Assembly: GCF_009914755.1 (NCBI RefSeq)
Contig: NC_060926.1
Strand: one strand, 5' to 3'
DNA from: the human T2T-CHM13v2.0 reference genome, Homo sapiens
DNA length: 64,000 bases
This document shows positions 40,480 through 57,319 of the stretch, in pieces. The position numbers and the translations under genes were made by a program. Position 1 is the first letter of the stretch; every line of letters begins with the position of its first letter. The notes under the pieces were generated by a model that made no database searches, was not told the origin of the DNA, and saw only the letters and a list, made by a program, of their open reading frames with translations.

Positions 40480-41260
40480 AAAGAACTCACAGTTCATATG
40501 GTAACAGTAAAAGCAAAAGAAAATTAAAGGAAAGCTAAAAAGAATACAAAATGCTAAATGTCAGAAATAAATCAACATGTCATTAACAAAATAATTGTAA
40601 ATAAGTTAAACTCCTCTGGCAACCATCTCACATTGGATTATAAACAAAATTCAATTATATGGCTTATAAAAGGGATATACATTTTTAAAAAGTGACTCCC
40701 AAAGACCTGTTCATTCCACAAACATTTTGTAGCATACCTACTATATACCAACACCATGCTAAGTGATACAAAATTTAAATATTAAAATATAGATGTACAG
40801 TTGTACAAGGCATATACAAACAAAAAGGATGCAAGAGTCACAATATCAATATTAATGAAGCAGTACTACAATCAAGAAGCATTATCTAAAACAAAAAATC
40901 ATTTCATTTATTTGTGTTTTCTTAATGAAGTATGCAAGTCACCAGAATCCTCACTGAAAGTGATAAATACGCCTATCTTATAGAGTTGTTGTAAGTATTA
41001 AATAATAAAATTCATCAAAAATACCTACATGAAGACCTGACACGTGGCACCTGCTCAAAAACTGTTGGTTGCTTTTAATATTTGCATTAGTAGTAATAAG
41101 AGTTACAAGCTATAATAATCACGGATATTATGCTTTAGATAACATAGCATAAAAGTATATAAAATAAAATATTAGAAATGCAAGGATAAATTTACAGAAT
41201 CATAATAAGAAAAGAATGAATACATTTTACCATATCTCTTTTGGTTCTTAAGGCATCAAA
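40480..41260 (+). mobile_element. Ancient L1M ORF2 5' remnant with small L2/MIR inserts
   Basis: aattgtaaataagttaaactc endonuclease-start-like sequence; MIR-like tcttatagagttgttgtaagtattaaat near 40980. Confidence 0.45.
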
Positions 41261-42430
41261 TGGAAAAAAGGAAGAAAGAGAGAGAGAGGGAAGGAGGGAG
41301 GGAGGAAGGAAAGAAGGACAGAATGGATGTAGGGAGGGAAAAAGAAATTATATCTAAATAATAATGATTGATTATATATGTTGCTCTATGTGTGTCTATG
41401 TATGTGTGTGTGTCTATGTGTATGTGTATAGGTATATAGGCATCTATAAATAATATGTAAACAAATCTTTTTATTCAAAAAGATAGAAATACAAAGAAAT
41501 AGAAAAGGTACAGACAGATTAATGGATTAAAGCACAAAGAAATAATTTTGAAAACAGATAATGTAAACAATTTAAAAATAAAACCACTATCTTATTCCCA
41601 CAGACCAATAAAAATAAACCCATGATAAGATCAAATTGTCAAAAGTTAAAGACAGAATTTTGAAGGTAGCAAGAAAATAGTGACTTGTCACATACAAGGG
41701 AAACTTTTATGAGACTATCAGAAGATTTTTCTACAAAAACTTTGCAAGTAAGAAGGAAATGGGGTGGTATATTCAAAGTACTGAAAGAAAAAAAACACCA
41801 GCCAACCAATAATAATATATCCAGCAAAACTTTCCTTCAAAAATAAAGGAGAGATAAAGATTTTCCCCAATAAACAAAAGCTGAGGGAGTTTGTTTTCAT
41901 TAGACCTGATTTACAAGAAATGCTAAAGCGAGCTTTTCAGGTTAAAACAAAAAAACCCTAAGCAGCAACATGATAGCATAAGAAAGTATGGAACTCATGA
42001 GTAAAGGTAAGTAAATAGGAAAGTACAGAAAATTATATTACTTTAATGGTGGTGGGTAAATCACTTTTAATTCTAGCATGAAAGGCAATAGCTAAAATAA
42101 TGATAGCCAAAAATATGATAAAAGATACATAATTGGAATAGTTATACATTGTGACAACCATAATATAACGTATGTAGGGAGGGAGAAGTCAAAGTACAGA
42201 CTTTTTGTATGCAATTAAACTTTGTTATTATCACCTTAAAGTAGGCTTTTATAACTATAATATATTTTATGTTAGTCCCAAGGTAACCGCAAAAAAATAC
42301 CTATGGAAGTTATAAAAAGGGAAAAGATAAAGGAATCAAAATATATCAGTACAAAAAAAATTGTAACAAAACACAAAAGAAGATAGCAAGAGAAGAAAAA
42401 AACAGATAAAAGAACTACAAGACTAACAGA

Positions 42431-43384
<954 letters not shown>

Positions 43385-45930
43385 TTATTCCATGCAAATG
43401 GTAACCAAAAGACAACAAAGGTGACTATATTTATATAAGTCAAAATGGACTTTAACTCCAAAACTGTCATAAAAAGCAAGGACATTTCATAATAAAAGGG
43501 CTAATCCACCAGGAATAGATAACAATCATGTTATCTATTATTATGATTGTTATCTATTAGATTATCTCTCTATCTCACATCAGATTAGCTAGATATATTA
43601 AAAAAAAACTGGCAAAACTGAAGGGAGAAATAGCAACACAATAATAGTAAGAAACTTCGACACCGCATTTTCAATAATCAACAAAACTTCCATATAAAAG
43701 ATCCGTAAGGAATCAGAGGACTTAAATAATGCTATAAATCAAATGTATCTAACAGACATATACCAAATATTCCAAACAAAAGCAAAATACACACTTTTCT
43801 CAAGTGCATATGGATATTTCTCCAATATAAATGACATGTTCCCTCATAAAGCATTTCTTCACTAATTTATATAGACTGAAGTCATACCAAATATCTTTTC
43901 TGACCAAAACTGAATAAAACTACAAATCAACAGAAGAAAAAATTAAAAATTCATAATATGTAGAAATTAAACAACACACTCTTTAACAACTATTCAAAAA
44001 GAAATTAAAACAAAAATTAGAAAATACCTCAAGACAAATGAAAACACACACACAACATGCCAAAACTTATGTTGTGCAGCAAAAGCAATACTAAAAGGGA
44101 AGCTAATAATGCAATAAACGTTTATAATGTATTTAAAAAGAAGAAAAATCTCAAATAATCATCTAACTTTTTAAACCTAAGGGAATTAAAAAAAAAAAAG
44201 TCCAACTTTAGCAGAAGGAAGGAAGTAACAAAGATGAGAGCAAAAATAAACAAATAAATAATAGAAAATCAGTAAAAAAATCAACAAAACTAACAGTTAT
44301 GTTTTGAAAAGATCAACAAAATTGACAAACCCTTAGATACACTAAGAAAAAGAGAAAGACTCAAATACATAAAATCAAAAATGAAAGAAGAGACATTGCA
44401 ACTGATGCCACAGAAATAAAAAGGCTCATAAAGACGACTATGAACAACTATATGCCAACAAACTGGATAACTTAGAAAACATTAATAAATTCCTAGAAAC
44501 ATATAACCTATCAAGACGAAATTATGAAGAAATAGAAAGTCTAAACAGACCTATATCTAGTATGGAGAGTGAATCAGTAATCACAATCTCCTAACAAAGA
44601 AAAGTTCAGGACCAGATGACTGAACTGATGAATACTACCAAACTTTAAAGTATTAATTCCAAACTTTCTCAAACTCTTTCAAAAAACTGAAGAGGAAAGA
44701 ATACTTCCAAACTGATTTTTATGAGGCCAGCATTACCCTGATACCAAAGCCAGAGAAAGACAACACAAAAAAAGAAAATTGCAGGCCACTATCCTTAATA
44801 AATATAAATGCAAAAGTCCTGAACAAAATACCAGCAAACCAAATCCAACAGCACATTAAAAAGATCATAGGCCATAACCAAGCGGGATTTATTTCTGGGA
44901 TAAAAGGATGGTTGGTTCCACATACGAAAATCAATTAATGTGCTACACCACATTAACAGAATAAAGGATTAAAATCATATAATTATTTCAATAGATATAG
45001 AAAAAGCATTTGGCAAAATTCAACACCTCTTAATGATAAAACCTCTCAATGACTGGAAATAGAGGGAAATCACCTCAACATAATAAAGAACATGTGTGAA
45101 AAGCCCATGACCAACATCATAGTCACTGGTAAGCAGGAGCAAGACAAAATTTCCCATTCTCACTGCTTCTATTTAACTTAGTACTAGCCAGAGTAATTAA
45201 GCAAGAAAAAGAAACAAAAGGCATCTAAATTAGAAAGGAAGAAGTAAAATGGTCTCTTTTTGCAGATGACATGATCTTATATATTGGAAAGCCTAAAGAC
45301 TCCACCAAAAAAAATAAATAAATAAAACTGTTAAAACTAATAAATGAATTTAGTAAAGTTATAAGATATAAAATCGATGTAAAAATAAATTGTGTTTCAA
45401 TACACTAACAGCAAACTGTGTGAAAAGGAAATTAGAAAAGCAATCTCATTTACAATAGCACCGAAAAGAATAAAATACCTAGGAATAGACCTAAGGAGGT
45501 GAAAGAATTTTGTACATAAAATTACAAAATATCAATGAAAGAAATTGAATAGGATACAAACAAATGAAAAGATATCCTATGTTTATGGATTGGAAGACTT
45601 AATATTGTTTAAATGTTTATGGTACTCAAAGTGATCTACAGATTCAATCTAATAACTAAAAAAAAGTCAAATGGTACTTTTTACAAAAATAGAAAATACA
45701 ATCAAAATACTCATAGAGAATATCAAAAGACCATGAATAGCCAAGTCAATATTGAGAAAGAACTAAGCTATAAGTATTACACTTCCAGATTTTAAAATAT
45801 ATTACAAAGCTATGATAACCAAAACAACATGATGCTGACATAAAGACAAACATATAGATCAATAGAACAGAACAGCCAGAAATAAATCCACACATATGGG
45901 GTCAACTGTTGTTTAATAAAGGTTCCAGGA

Positions 45931-46347
<417 letters not shown>

Positions 46348-49300
46348 CTACACACAAACATCAACTTAAAATGGATTGAAGACTGAAACGTAAGACCTGA
46401 AACTGTAAAACTCCTAGATGAAAACATAGAGGAAATATGGCATTGGTCCTGACAATGATTTCATATGATACCAAAAATACAGGCAACAATAATAAAAATA
46501 GACAAGTTGGACTTCTGCATAACAAAACAATCAACAGAGTGAAAGGTAACCTGTATAATGTAAGAAAATATTTGCAAATCACATATTGGAAAAGGGGTTA
46601 ATCTCCAAGATATGTGAGGGACTCCTGCTATTCAAGAGTAAAACAAACTAAAACTAATAACCTGACTAAAATATGGGCTAAGGACTTGGATAGACATTTC
46701 TCCAAAGAAGACATACACATGGCCATGAGGTATATGAAAAAGTGTTCAACATCACTAATCATCAGAGGAATTCAAATCAAAACCACAATGAGATATCACC
46801 TCATACTTTTCAGGATGGCTATTATTTTAAAAAATCAGCAAAAAGAAATCAAAAAATGTTAGTGAGGCTGTGGAGAAATAGAACCTTTGCACACTGTTGG
46901 TGAAAATGTGACATAATAAAGCCAATATAGAAAACAGTATGGAAGTTCCTCAAAAATCAAAAAATAGAACTACCATATGACCCAGCAATCCCACTTTTCT
47001 GTATTTATCCAAAAGAAATCAGGATCTCAAAGAGATATTAGCAGTCTCATGTGTATTACAGTACTATTAGGCAAGATGTAGAAGCAACTTATATATCCAA
47101 TGACAGATGTATGAATAAAGAAAACATGTATACGCATTCAATGGAATATCATTCAGCCTGAATAAAAGGGAATCCTGCAATATGTGACAACATAGATGAA
47201 CCTTGAGGACATTATCCTTTCAATGGTTGGGGTTTCTGTGAATTTACATGCTCTTCAAAATAACTGTGCACCTCCCTCCCCGTCTTAGGAGTTCATGGCC
47301 CACAGGCAGGAGCAACTACTGGAGACATTTTCAGAAATCAGGAGAATGAGAAATCTGAGTGGGAGAGCATGGCCTGAAGGAAATAGTCTCTTGATCTGAC
47401 AAGTCCACAAGACTACTCAGGAATGGCTTAGTGACTCACCTTTTCACAAAAGTTGTGGAAGGCACCTGATAAGTATACAAAGTTTGGTTCTTATAGTCAC
47501 ATACTAAAATACAAAGATGGAGATTCACTCATGTAATTCCTAATCAGGAAAGACAGAATCGGGAATATCAAGTTCTCAAAATTTAATAGGGAAAAAATAT
47601 GTATTACTTATTAAATATAGCAAGTGATAGTCCCAAGGCAACGGAAGAGGGTGTAGTGTGTTGAGTTAGATAGTTATTAATTCCTTAAGAAAGAACACAG
47701 AGTTCTCATAAACAATTTCCCACTGCCTCCAAATGTAGTCACGTACATAAATGCAGGAAGACTTACAAATAAAACAGTGGACAATGACAATTAAATGGAA
47801 AGCAGCAACGTATTGACGGAGAATTCATCCATTAAAAGCTTTTCCACTCAAAATGGGTTTCAGCCAGAAATGGTTTCTTCATTCCTCCCTGTAGTATGCA
47901 TTCTTGGTAGCTACTTTCAGAACACTGCCAACATCATTACACATTTGCTTTATATAGCTGTCAAGCTGTTCTGCAGTTTCTCTCTGGCCAAAGAACTTTA
48001 CAAAAACTACTGGGGGAATAAGAAGCACAGACAGGTCGTCTCTCAGCCTTGGAATCCATTGCCTGTCTAAATCTCTGTTGCTTCCAGTACAGTTGGAATA
48101 GGTAGCAACCTCAGCCAATTATTATTTTATCACTGAGTTTAGTTGACTGCATGAAGATGAACTGATGATCTACACTCAATTCTCTCTGTGTCATTTGTCA
48201 GCACTCACACTGACTTTGTTCTATCCCGGTAGATCGATTGACAAGTCCACCTCAAATTTTACCTTACCTTTCTGAACCTCAGTCTCCTAATCAATAATAG
48301 GGAAATGATGCAGATGAACACGAAATTAATGAGTTTTAAAAGTACCACATTCACATCAGGCTTTTCCAGGAGAAATTTCCTCACTTCTCTCTTGCTCTTA
48401 TGTACCCAATGTTCCCAGTTTTAGGGATTAGTCCATGACCTGTCCTGAGGATCTGCCTGCAACTTGTGCATCCAACTCTAGTTTGAAGGCTTTTAAGTAA
48501 ATTTGAATATTAGGGGCTGCCTTAAGAAAGCATTTTATCAGCTTCTTCAACACTCAAAACTCCACTTAATCTTCTCTTCTCTATTCTCTCCTTTACTCTG
48601 CCAATAATTGGAGCATATGCCTTCAATTCAAAGCATATTAAACAACATATTGCCAAGTTGCTCTATAATTGTTCTCAGATGCATGCCTCATTTCAAATAA
48701 ATGGGAAGGTTCTTCAAAAGAAAAAAGAATATGTCTACTCCTTTTCTTCCCTACAGAGAAGCCTAGTTTCCTTCTGTAAACTTAGTGGGCACTCAGTAGA
48801 TACTTGTTAACCCATCACCCCTTTTATAAAAGAAACCAGAGTTTTCAAAAATAAACATGAGTCTATCTCATCTTACCAAATCCATTTTAAATGTCCTTTC
48901 AAGATGACCCTATTACAAATCACCTTTAATTCATCAGTAAATTCAGATGGTTAAATAGAGGGCAGAAATTTCTGCAAATAATCTTTTTCCTAAAGCTACA
49001 AAACATTTTAAAGACTTGATTCAAGTGAACTCAGCAACCTCTAGGACCAGATCCTAGAGTTCTGTAAGCTGCTGCCCAAATGTCCACGGGCAGCGCCTGT
49101 GTTTAATTCAGCAAATAAAATGCTTCTGTGGAAATTAGCCTTTCTGTTGTTTTTGTCTACGGAGAAAAACAGAAATCAAAAGATCATAGACTTGAGAGAT
49201 GACAGAAAATTCAGAAGATCAGGTAGTCTAGCCATCCACCTTCAGGGAAGTACAGTATTGTTATTATTACAATTTTACTAATCAAACTATTAAGACCCAG

Positions 49301-49440
49301 AATTATTTTTGAGAATTTGTTGAAGGTGAAATATTGGTGGGGTAAGGTATTTTAGGGGGAGTGACTAGACCCAAAGTTCTCTGGTTTTGGCATCCGACAT
49401 CATTTTTACTACATCATATGCAAGTTCAATAAATTCCTCA

Positions 49441-49753
<313 letters not shown>

Positions 49754-49949
49754 ATCCCTCAAATCTGTAGACTAAGGATTATCAAGATGACATAAATAGA
49801 AGTTCCTATTCCCAACCTCTTCCCATTTCTGGATCAGGGGTAACGAGTTTCTGCTTTGCACCAAAGGCTCCACATCCATCCTTTGGCTCTCTCTGAAAAG
49901 GAAACTTTCTGTAGATTCTAGGCTATGTGGCTCGTGTCTTATCTTTTCC

Positions 49950-50075
49950 TAATGGTCCACTGGATTGTAAGTTTTTGGGGAAAATGACTATCGCATATTT
50001 GCAAAGCCATTCTAGCACCTCGCACAATACCAGCCACGTGGTTGGTACTTAATAGTTTTTGAATGAGTGACTGAG
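49950..50075 (+). mobile_element. L2 3' end
   Basis: ggattgtaagttttt...tagcacctcgcacaatacc...tttttgaatgagtgactga. Confidence 0.6.
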
Positions 50076-51489
50076 TGCTCCTATGATGGGTAATAGACAT
50101 GAGGGATAGTTTGACAAGTGTAATTGGTGAAGGAACCACCTGCCATATTTCCCATCTTCTTTACATCGAAGAGCTTCCTAACTCGGCTGTTTTTGGATAC
50201 TCTTGGAGATGCCATAACCTTTAACTGGGGTCTTGGGGAAAACTCATGACTGATAGCAGAAGCTGGAGGCTTGGCAATTCAACTGAGTTAACCACTCTAA
50301 TTCAATCAAAGCTGCTGTTGGCTGAGAGCTTCAATTATAGGCAAACATTGACCATCATTCAATCATTTGGTTCTTTCCTTGGGTTCAACTCCTACATTGT
50401 GAAAGAGGAAATTAAAGGAAATTATTTACTTCCATAGCTAGTGACATCATGGCAATTTTATGAAGAAATAGTCTCCCAAATGCAGCAACTTCCTCAATAT
50501 TTTGAGTGATTGCACTCTGCTGTGAAATTATTCACTTCTCCTAGTCTGCTCACTCTCCACACAAACACTACACACATGCTGATGTAGTCAACCAAGTAAG
50601 GCCAGGGTAGACATTTTTCCTAGAGATGAAATTATATTAAATCAATATAAGCCTTAAGGCCCATATTGAGAATTTGTTTCTGGTTTAGTTTCTCTTTTTT
50701 GATGTGGTTTCAAGTTAGAATGAAACACTAGACTAGGACCAAGGAGTGATATAGGATGTCAAGAGAGAACAGAGCCTCGTACATACTTAGGAGAGACTGA
50801 ACTTTCCACCCTATGACTGAACACTCTCCATCAGCTTTACCTTAGACACCCACTGAGATCCAGTACAGGTCTGCGATAGATTCAGGAGCTGGCTTTAATG
50901 GGGCATCCCATCAATCAGGTTTTTAGGTCATGGAACCCTACCTTGCCCTTCCTTCTGATACCAGGGAGAAATCTGACCTCAAAGGGTACTAGGAGGGACC
51001 TTAAGTGTCTTATTTTAGATAATAGGCAATGCAACCAGTGGTTCTAACAGGGAGAATTGCACCACCAAAATTAAAAGCAGCTGCTGAAACTTAGTAGCAA
51101 TAGATGTTGGCAGCAGAATTTCAAAGATTTCATTTATGAGGCACATATTATAGTTCTAATGGGCAGCTGAGCAGATGGAGGTCTGAAGGTACACGAGCCA
51201 AAAGAGCTTGTAGAGGCTCTGCCTGTGCACTCAAGGCCAGAGGGATGGTACCATAGCAGACAGAGTTCAGCAGCCAAAAGTAATAATCTAGGCTCTGAGA
51301 TTATGTCATTCCCAGGGGATCCTTCAATTGCTAGCTTTCCTCCACTCTGTCAGATTTGCTGTTAGACATTTCTTCTTACGGATTTTCAAATGTTTTAATG
51401 TTATCTCCCTCTCCCTGTTCAAACACACAACATACACCTTAAAAGAAGAAAAAGAGAGCACATTAAAAGTTAATGGATGAAATGCTGCT

Positions 51490-51760
51490 ATAGATTCTAT
51501 AGTTAAACAGACCTGAGTTCAGCTCCTGACTCTACCACCAAGCTATTTGACCTTGGGCAAGTTATTCAACCTCTCAGAGCCTAAAATGCCTCGTGGAAAA
51601 ACAAACAAACAAACAAAAAAAAAAAAAAACCATCTTTTGAGGAGAAAATTAGGCAAAAAACACAACATGGTAATGGTAAACACTAACACAGTAGCTATTA
51701 TTATGATTTGCTGTTACAACAATGCCTGACACTCGCTAAGTGCTCCGTAAGTATTAACGG
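51490..51760 (+). mobile_element. MIR
   Basis: cagacctgagttc...tgaccttgggcaagttattcaacctctcagagcct. Confidence 0.75.
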
Positions 51761-52109
51761 AATCCTGTTATAACAACTCATGTACCAGATCTGAATAATG
51801 GGACAGGAGACACTTTCCTAGTTCATGGGGGCTGGAGAGTGACTTCTAAGTGAGAAGAAAGAAGCCTAAAGTGGTCATGGGGGAAGAATAAAGATAAATT
51901 CCTAACCCCTCTCCTCCTGTCCCCACACACCACTTCCCTGCTTCAGAGCTTCCTCTCTTTCCAGACAGAGATGGCATTTGTAAGGCTCTTGTCTTGATGG
52001 AGTAAAGGATTATTATCAGCCAACAATCTAATTTCAAACTAAAATAAATGCACCAAGTGTGGGATTCTCTCCATTAGTTGGGATTCTATAAACAGAGAGG
52101 ATTTTATTT

Positions 52110-52412
52110 CATTATTATTATTTTTTACTTTTCCGTAAGTTATTGAGGTACAGGTGGTATTTGATTACATAAGCTCTTTAGTGGTGATTTGTGAGATTTT
52201 GGGGCACATATCACCCAAGCAGTATACATTGCACCATATTTGTAGTCTTTTAATCCCCGTCCCCCTCCCACCCTTTCCCCTGAGTACCCAAAGTCCATTG
52301 TATCATTCTTATGTGTTTGCATCCTCATAGCTTAGCTCCCACATATCAATGAGAACATGCGATGTTTGGTTTTCCATTCCTGAGTGACTTCACTTAGAAT
52401 ACTAGTCTCCAA
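52110..52412 (-). mobile_element. L1PB1-like 3' end
   Basis: Antisense gcatcctcatagcttagctcccac and aaagtccattgtatcattcttatg. Confidence 0.88.
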
Positions 52413-53829
52413 ACTTCTCAACTGGAGATGTCTTTTATTTCTTAGATTCAAATTCTAACAAAGAAGGGATGTTTTGCCCACCCAATTCTCCCAATGCCAC
52501 CACCACCATCACACAACAATTTTGTTTCCTTGGACATCAACACGAAACACCTCATTGTGTGCCCCAGTTCTCTTCCCCTCACCCATCTTGCCCATGCCCC
52601 TCTGTAACTAGGATCAAGGCTGGCAGCACAGCTGCTGGTCAAGGCTTCCACATGTGTGTTGGAGAGGAAGGGGAGGTGTTCAAACCATTGAAACTCGTTT
52701 AACATATTTTTTCACTAAATCAGAGGTAACAGTTACTGTCCAAGATGAAAGTACCCTTTTAGCATGCAACCTTTGCGAATATTTCACTAAATAAAAACTG
52801 TGCTTAATATCTTCCCTGACCATGGCCTTCTCTCCTCCTGTTCCTTAGGAAAACTGCCTGTAATTTCCAATGACTAATGGTGGACATCTACTTTCTCGGA
52901 AAAGTCAAAGAGACATTACAGCCAACAGTTTGAAGAACAAAAAAGCTTAGCAGGCCAAGACACAACAACAAATTAATGCTTTTCATGATGACTAGCAACC
53001 TTCACCTTGAATATATGTGATTAAAATAAGAACCTGAAGTTACTGTGCAATGCAGCCTCAGATTCTTTTATTGTGAGGGAATCACACGACCTGCGGGCGT
53101 CACGAACTGTGGGAAATGGTGGAGCGGGCTAGGAAAGGCTGAGGGAGAAGGTTCTCAAAAGCTCTGAGTCAGAGCTCAGCTATTTGGGGGATTTCATTCA
53201 TCCCCCTGGGGGTTAGTAAAGCAGAAAAGACAACCAGTTCTGAACCCTGATGGTAAACAAGGGAAAGAACCCAAAACTCCGCAAGATTTTGATGGATAAA
53301 ACAAGCCCTGGAAAGAACTACCTTAAAGAGCTGAAGAGTTCAAGATAAAGGGAGTATTCATAGGAAGGTATGGGCAAGGCTGAATCTATGACTCGGCTCA
53401 TAGCCCTCCCCTAACAGAGTTCATCCACCCCAACCACCCCCAACGACCCCCACCCCCTAGTTTCATTTAGGCTAACATTGAAGGGTGCGAACACATCCTG
53501 GGCATCCCCAGCCAATGGGAAGGAAACACCTACTTAAGGTTAGAAATGGGCCGGGGAGAACTCACATGTGAGTAATGCAGGGTTGATTGTGGTCTCTGAG
53601 GCATCCCAGGCAATCCTCACCAATTTGAAAATACATCCTGTAAGCTTGTATTTAAGTTGCAATAGGAGCTGCAAAGTAGTGGTGTGTAAAATACGGTTCC
53701 TGACTACATGGAGATTATAATCTCATTAGGAAAACAGGTCATGTGAAATATCGAGAGGATGAAAAATAAAATGAAGGCAATTTGGCTCTGACTCATCCAT
53801 ACAAAGAAAGCAACTGGAATATCAGGGTG

Positions 53830-54220
53830 GAAAGATTGGCCCCCCTGCTGTCCTGGGAGTGGGCATTTCCAGCATCTACCACCCCTGGTATTTGTGTGTG
53901 ATACAGAGAGTGGGCACACAACTCAGGCTTGGCCAGCCAAACACTCTCATCTGTTTCCGTATCGGGACCTACGGATGCAAAGGCTCAGGGACAGTCAGGC
54001 TCACTCACAGTGCCGACAGCAGGATTCTCAACCACTGTGATGTCCTGGTCTTACTGCCTTTGTCCAGAGATAATCCCTGTGCTTCCTGCTTCTGAGCCCC
54101 TGGGCTTGATTTGGCTCCTGTCTGTTTGCTGGTTCCCCAATATCCTGCTGATTCTCTGAGTCCTTGACTGTGGCTTCTTAAGCTGATTTCTGCTGCCTTG
54201 CAACCCGAAATACTGACTTT
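53830..54220 (+). mobile_element. LTR33/LTR16-like ERVL LTR
   Basis: gtgggcacacaactcaggcttggccagcc and terminal tttctgctgccttgcaacc...ctgact. Confidence 0.5.
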
Positions 54221-54469
54221 TGAGGTCATCTGCTTGTAGGAAACTCCTTGGTTTCTATTGTGTTATGAGCTTTTAAAAAATAAGAACTATGCTTACTATT
54301 TGCTTGACACTGACAGCTCCTCAGGAAGGGCATATTTAATTTTTAAAAATTTAAAGGCATCAGATGATGAATATCCTTTTTGTGTTTCTTTTTACCATGA
54401 CCTGGCATATAGTAGATGTTAATTTTGGTATTAAAAATTAAATTCTACTTCTTCTGTTGGAATTGTTCA

Positions 54470-54575
54470 GTACCTAAGGCTAGTCACTTAACCTTCCTGA
54501 GCCTCAGTTTCCTCATTTGCAAACACAGAAAATAATTCCTCACTCGTTAGACTCTTGATGAAAACTGAGACATAT
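54470..54575 (+). mobile_element. MIR fragment
   Basis: agtcacttaaccttcctgagcctcagtttcctcatttgcaaa. Confidence 0.75.
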
Positions 54576-54579
54576 TGAG

Positions 54580-55150
54580 AAATAATGGTCTTTTCAACAA
54601 ATGGTGTTGAAAAAACTGGATATCCACATGCAAAAGAATAAAGCTGAACACTACCTACCTCACACCATCTACAAAAATTACCTCAAAATGGACCACAGAT
54701 GTAAACATAAAAGCTAAAAGTATAAAACTTCCAGAAGAAACATAAGAGTATATCTTAATGACCTTGCACTAAGCGAAGAACTTTTATTTTTAGAAATAAT
54801 AACAAAAACACAAGCAACAAAAGAAAAAGTTAGAGAAATTGGACTTAATTAAAATTTAAAATTTTGCCTGTCAAAGGATACCATCAAGAACATGAAAAGA
54901 CAAGCTATAGAATGGGAGAATATATTTTCAAATCGCATATCTGAAAAGGGCTTAGTATTCAGAATATACTGGGATTCGGGGGAGAATGAAAGTGACTGCT
55001 AATGTGTACAAGGTTCCTTTCTGGAGTGATAAGAATGTTATAAAATTATACAGTGCTAATGTTTGCCAAACTCTGTGAAAATACTAAAAACCAGTGCATT
55101 ATATCTTTTAAGTGGTATGTGACTGATACCTCAATAAACTTAATAAAAAT
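54580..55150 (+). mobile_element. L1MB-type fragment (ORF2 piece joined to the 3' end)
   Basis: tcttttcaacaaatggtgttg...aactggatatccacatgcaaaagaat; gtgactgctaatg...ctcaataaa. Confidence 0.75.
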
Positions 55151-56669
55151 TTAAATGAGAGTATATACATAATGGTGAACATACATAAAATATATGCATC
55201 TAACCATTGCATATATGTTTTAAAATGCATATTATATATGCATATTATACATATATAAGCCTTTTCGTGTGGTAAATGCTCAAAATATTTTAGATTTCTT
55301 TGTTTTATTGATAATGATTGATTGAGGCAGAAAGTATTGGAGATAGCACGACCAATGGAAGGAGGCTCAGGCTGGATTCCTCCTACCCAAAGCAATTGGA
55401 CTAACACATGCTTTTGTAAGAATCCTCTCTATTTCTCACAGGAGCTGTAACTTGTGTCCACATGTGTCTCACCTGTATTCTCACCTGTCATCACTGTATT
55501 CCAAGGGCCCAAATGGTTCTTCCCTCCCTCGCCTTTTTCCCTTCAGTCAAAATGCACTTAAAATGCTGCTCATTCTCTTTCTTACCTGTTGGATTCTGAC
55601 TTTCCTGTGGTCTCGCCACTCACTATTTTTTTTCCTATTGCTTATTTATGTAGACTGAATTTATCACAAAGTGTAATTATTGATATTCAAATTTTTTATG
55701 TAAAGCCAAGAGCATGTTTTCTTTATTTTGTGTGTGTGTGCATTTGCTTATCTGTTTTTCATGAAAACACAGCAAAAAGATTAGAATAACATACACCAAT
55801 GTTACAAAACTATCTCGGGGTGATGGGATTGCATGCAATTTTTTAAAACCCTCTTTTATATACTTTGTGGTATTTTCAAAATTTTCAACAGAGAATCATG
55901 ATTAAAAACACTTTATAAATAGGAAAGCATTACATACTGAAACATTATAAGTTTGCCCAAAGATGGATTATGAAGAGAACTATCTCCAAAGTCAGACTCC
56001 TCCAAAGACGTATTAGAACATTCGCTGGACGAAACATTGTGTGAGTCAGCTCGATGCACATGTTCCCTTTGCTGTGAGCCTCCCTGAGAAACTAGGATGG
56101 AATATGCCTCTGTCTATTTCAGCTCAAGGCAGCAGTCAAGTGTTTAATCTAGTTTGCGGATTTAACATGGAGATTTGCACCTTTGCTCATACGCCTTTTG
56201 AACTTTCCTTGGCACCTTCTGGTTGGATTCCTTCTAAGTGTAGAAAACCTGAATGATTTGTATCACCCAGTCGCCACGCATATATTTACAGGCTTGCAAA
56301 AAAAAAAAAAAATCCTAGTCTAGACAATAATTAAAGTCAGAAGTGTAGCTTAATTAAAAGATGTCTTTCCTGAGCCTCAGGGGACATTTCTAAACACTCA
56401 TGACCAGCAGTGTTTACCCAGACTGTTCTCGGGGTGCACTTGGGGATATCCTCTTGGGCACAATCTCTTAGAGCAAGTGTGAGAAATGACGAGGATTGAT
56501 GAGGGTGGTAGGTGTAGGTGGGTGCGAAGAAGATGAAAGAGAGATGTTTGCCTGAATGCATAAGGACAAATGACAAGGATCACTGTGGAGCATCATCAAG
56601 GAAGCAGAAATCAAATTTGATCAACTAGGAACCTGGAAAACTCTTAGACACAATATGCCCAGAAATCAC

Positions 56670-57070
56670 AAAGCACCAACTCTAGAGGCTTTGTTTGCCA
56701 TCAGATATATTTTGGTCAGCTTATGAAATGCTTTTTAAAAAATTAATACTAGCATTTAAAATGGAGAGATTTTGCCTAAAAATCAAAATTTTCAGCCTTC
56801 TTTTGAGTAACTGAAAAAAGTAAAACACAGAGTCAGTTTCTTTTCTGCAACAGTTGCTGGTGCTAAGCAACAGCTACATCCTTCAGATATTTAACAGGAC
56901 ACGCTCTCCAGTTCGCCCACACTCATGAATCCCTGCTATCGCTACCATAATGCGATCCAGTGGCAGTTCCATTATCATGCAGCTGATTTTGTTTTTCTCA
57001 CTCCTAGCAGGCTTCCATTATTTATATCACCTGTATGGCCTTGGCAGCTATTTGAGTTTGAAGGTCTCCC
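56670..57070. mobile_element. hAT-Charlie (MER102/Charlie4-like) fragment
   Basis: gcatttaaaatggagagatttt...acgctctccagttcgcc...tatttgagtttg. Confidence 0.55.
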
Positions 57071-57319
57071 AACCATCCCCCCATACCCAAGCCCTTTCCC
57101 CTGACCATGCTTTACCACAGTCTTGTTCATCTAGAATCCTCCTTGCTTTGTGTTCACTGGTGCCTTATTAGAAACGGATCAGGATTCAATCCTGGGCTAC
57201 TTTATAAGCATTGTAATCTTCTGGGAGGATACAAAGACATAGAATAGATAAACATCTGGACATGGAGCCGGTAAACTAAGATTCAATTCCCACTTATAAC
57301 TAGAACTAACTTATATTGT

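Noticed and set aside
47795-48118. Overlapping 91-aa and 79-aa ORFs in non-repeat DNA
   Set aside because: No recognisable domain or supporting splice chain; lengths are compatible with chance.
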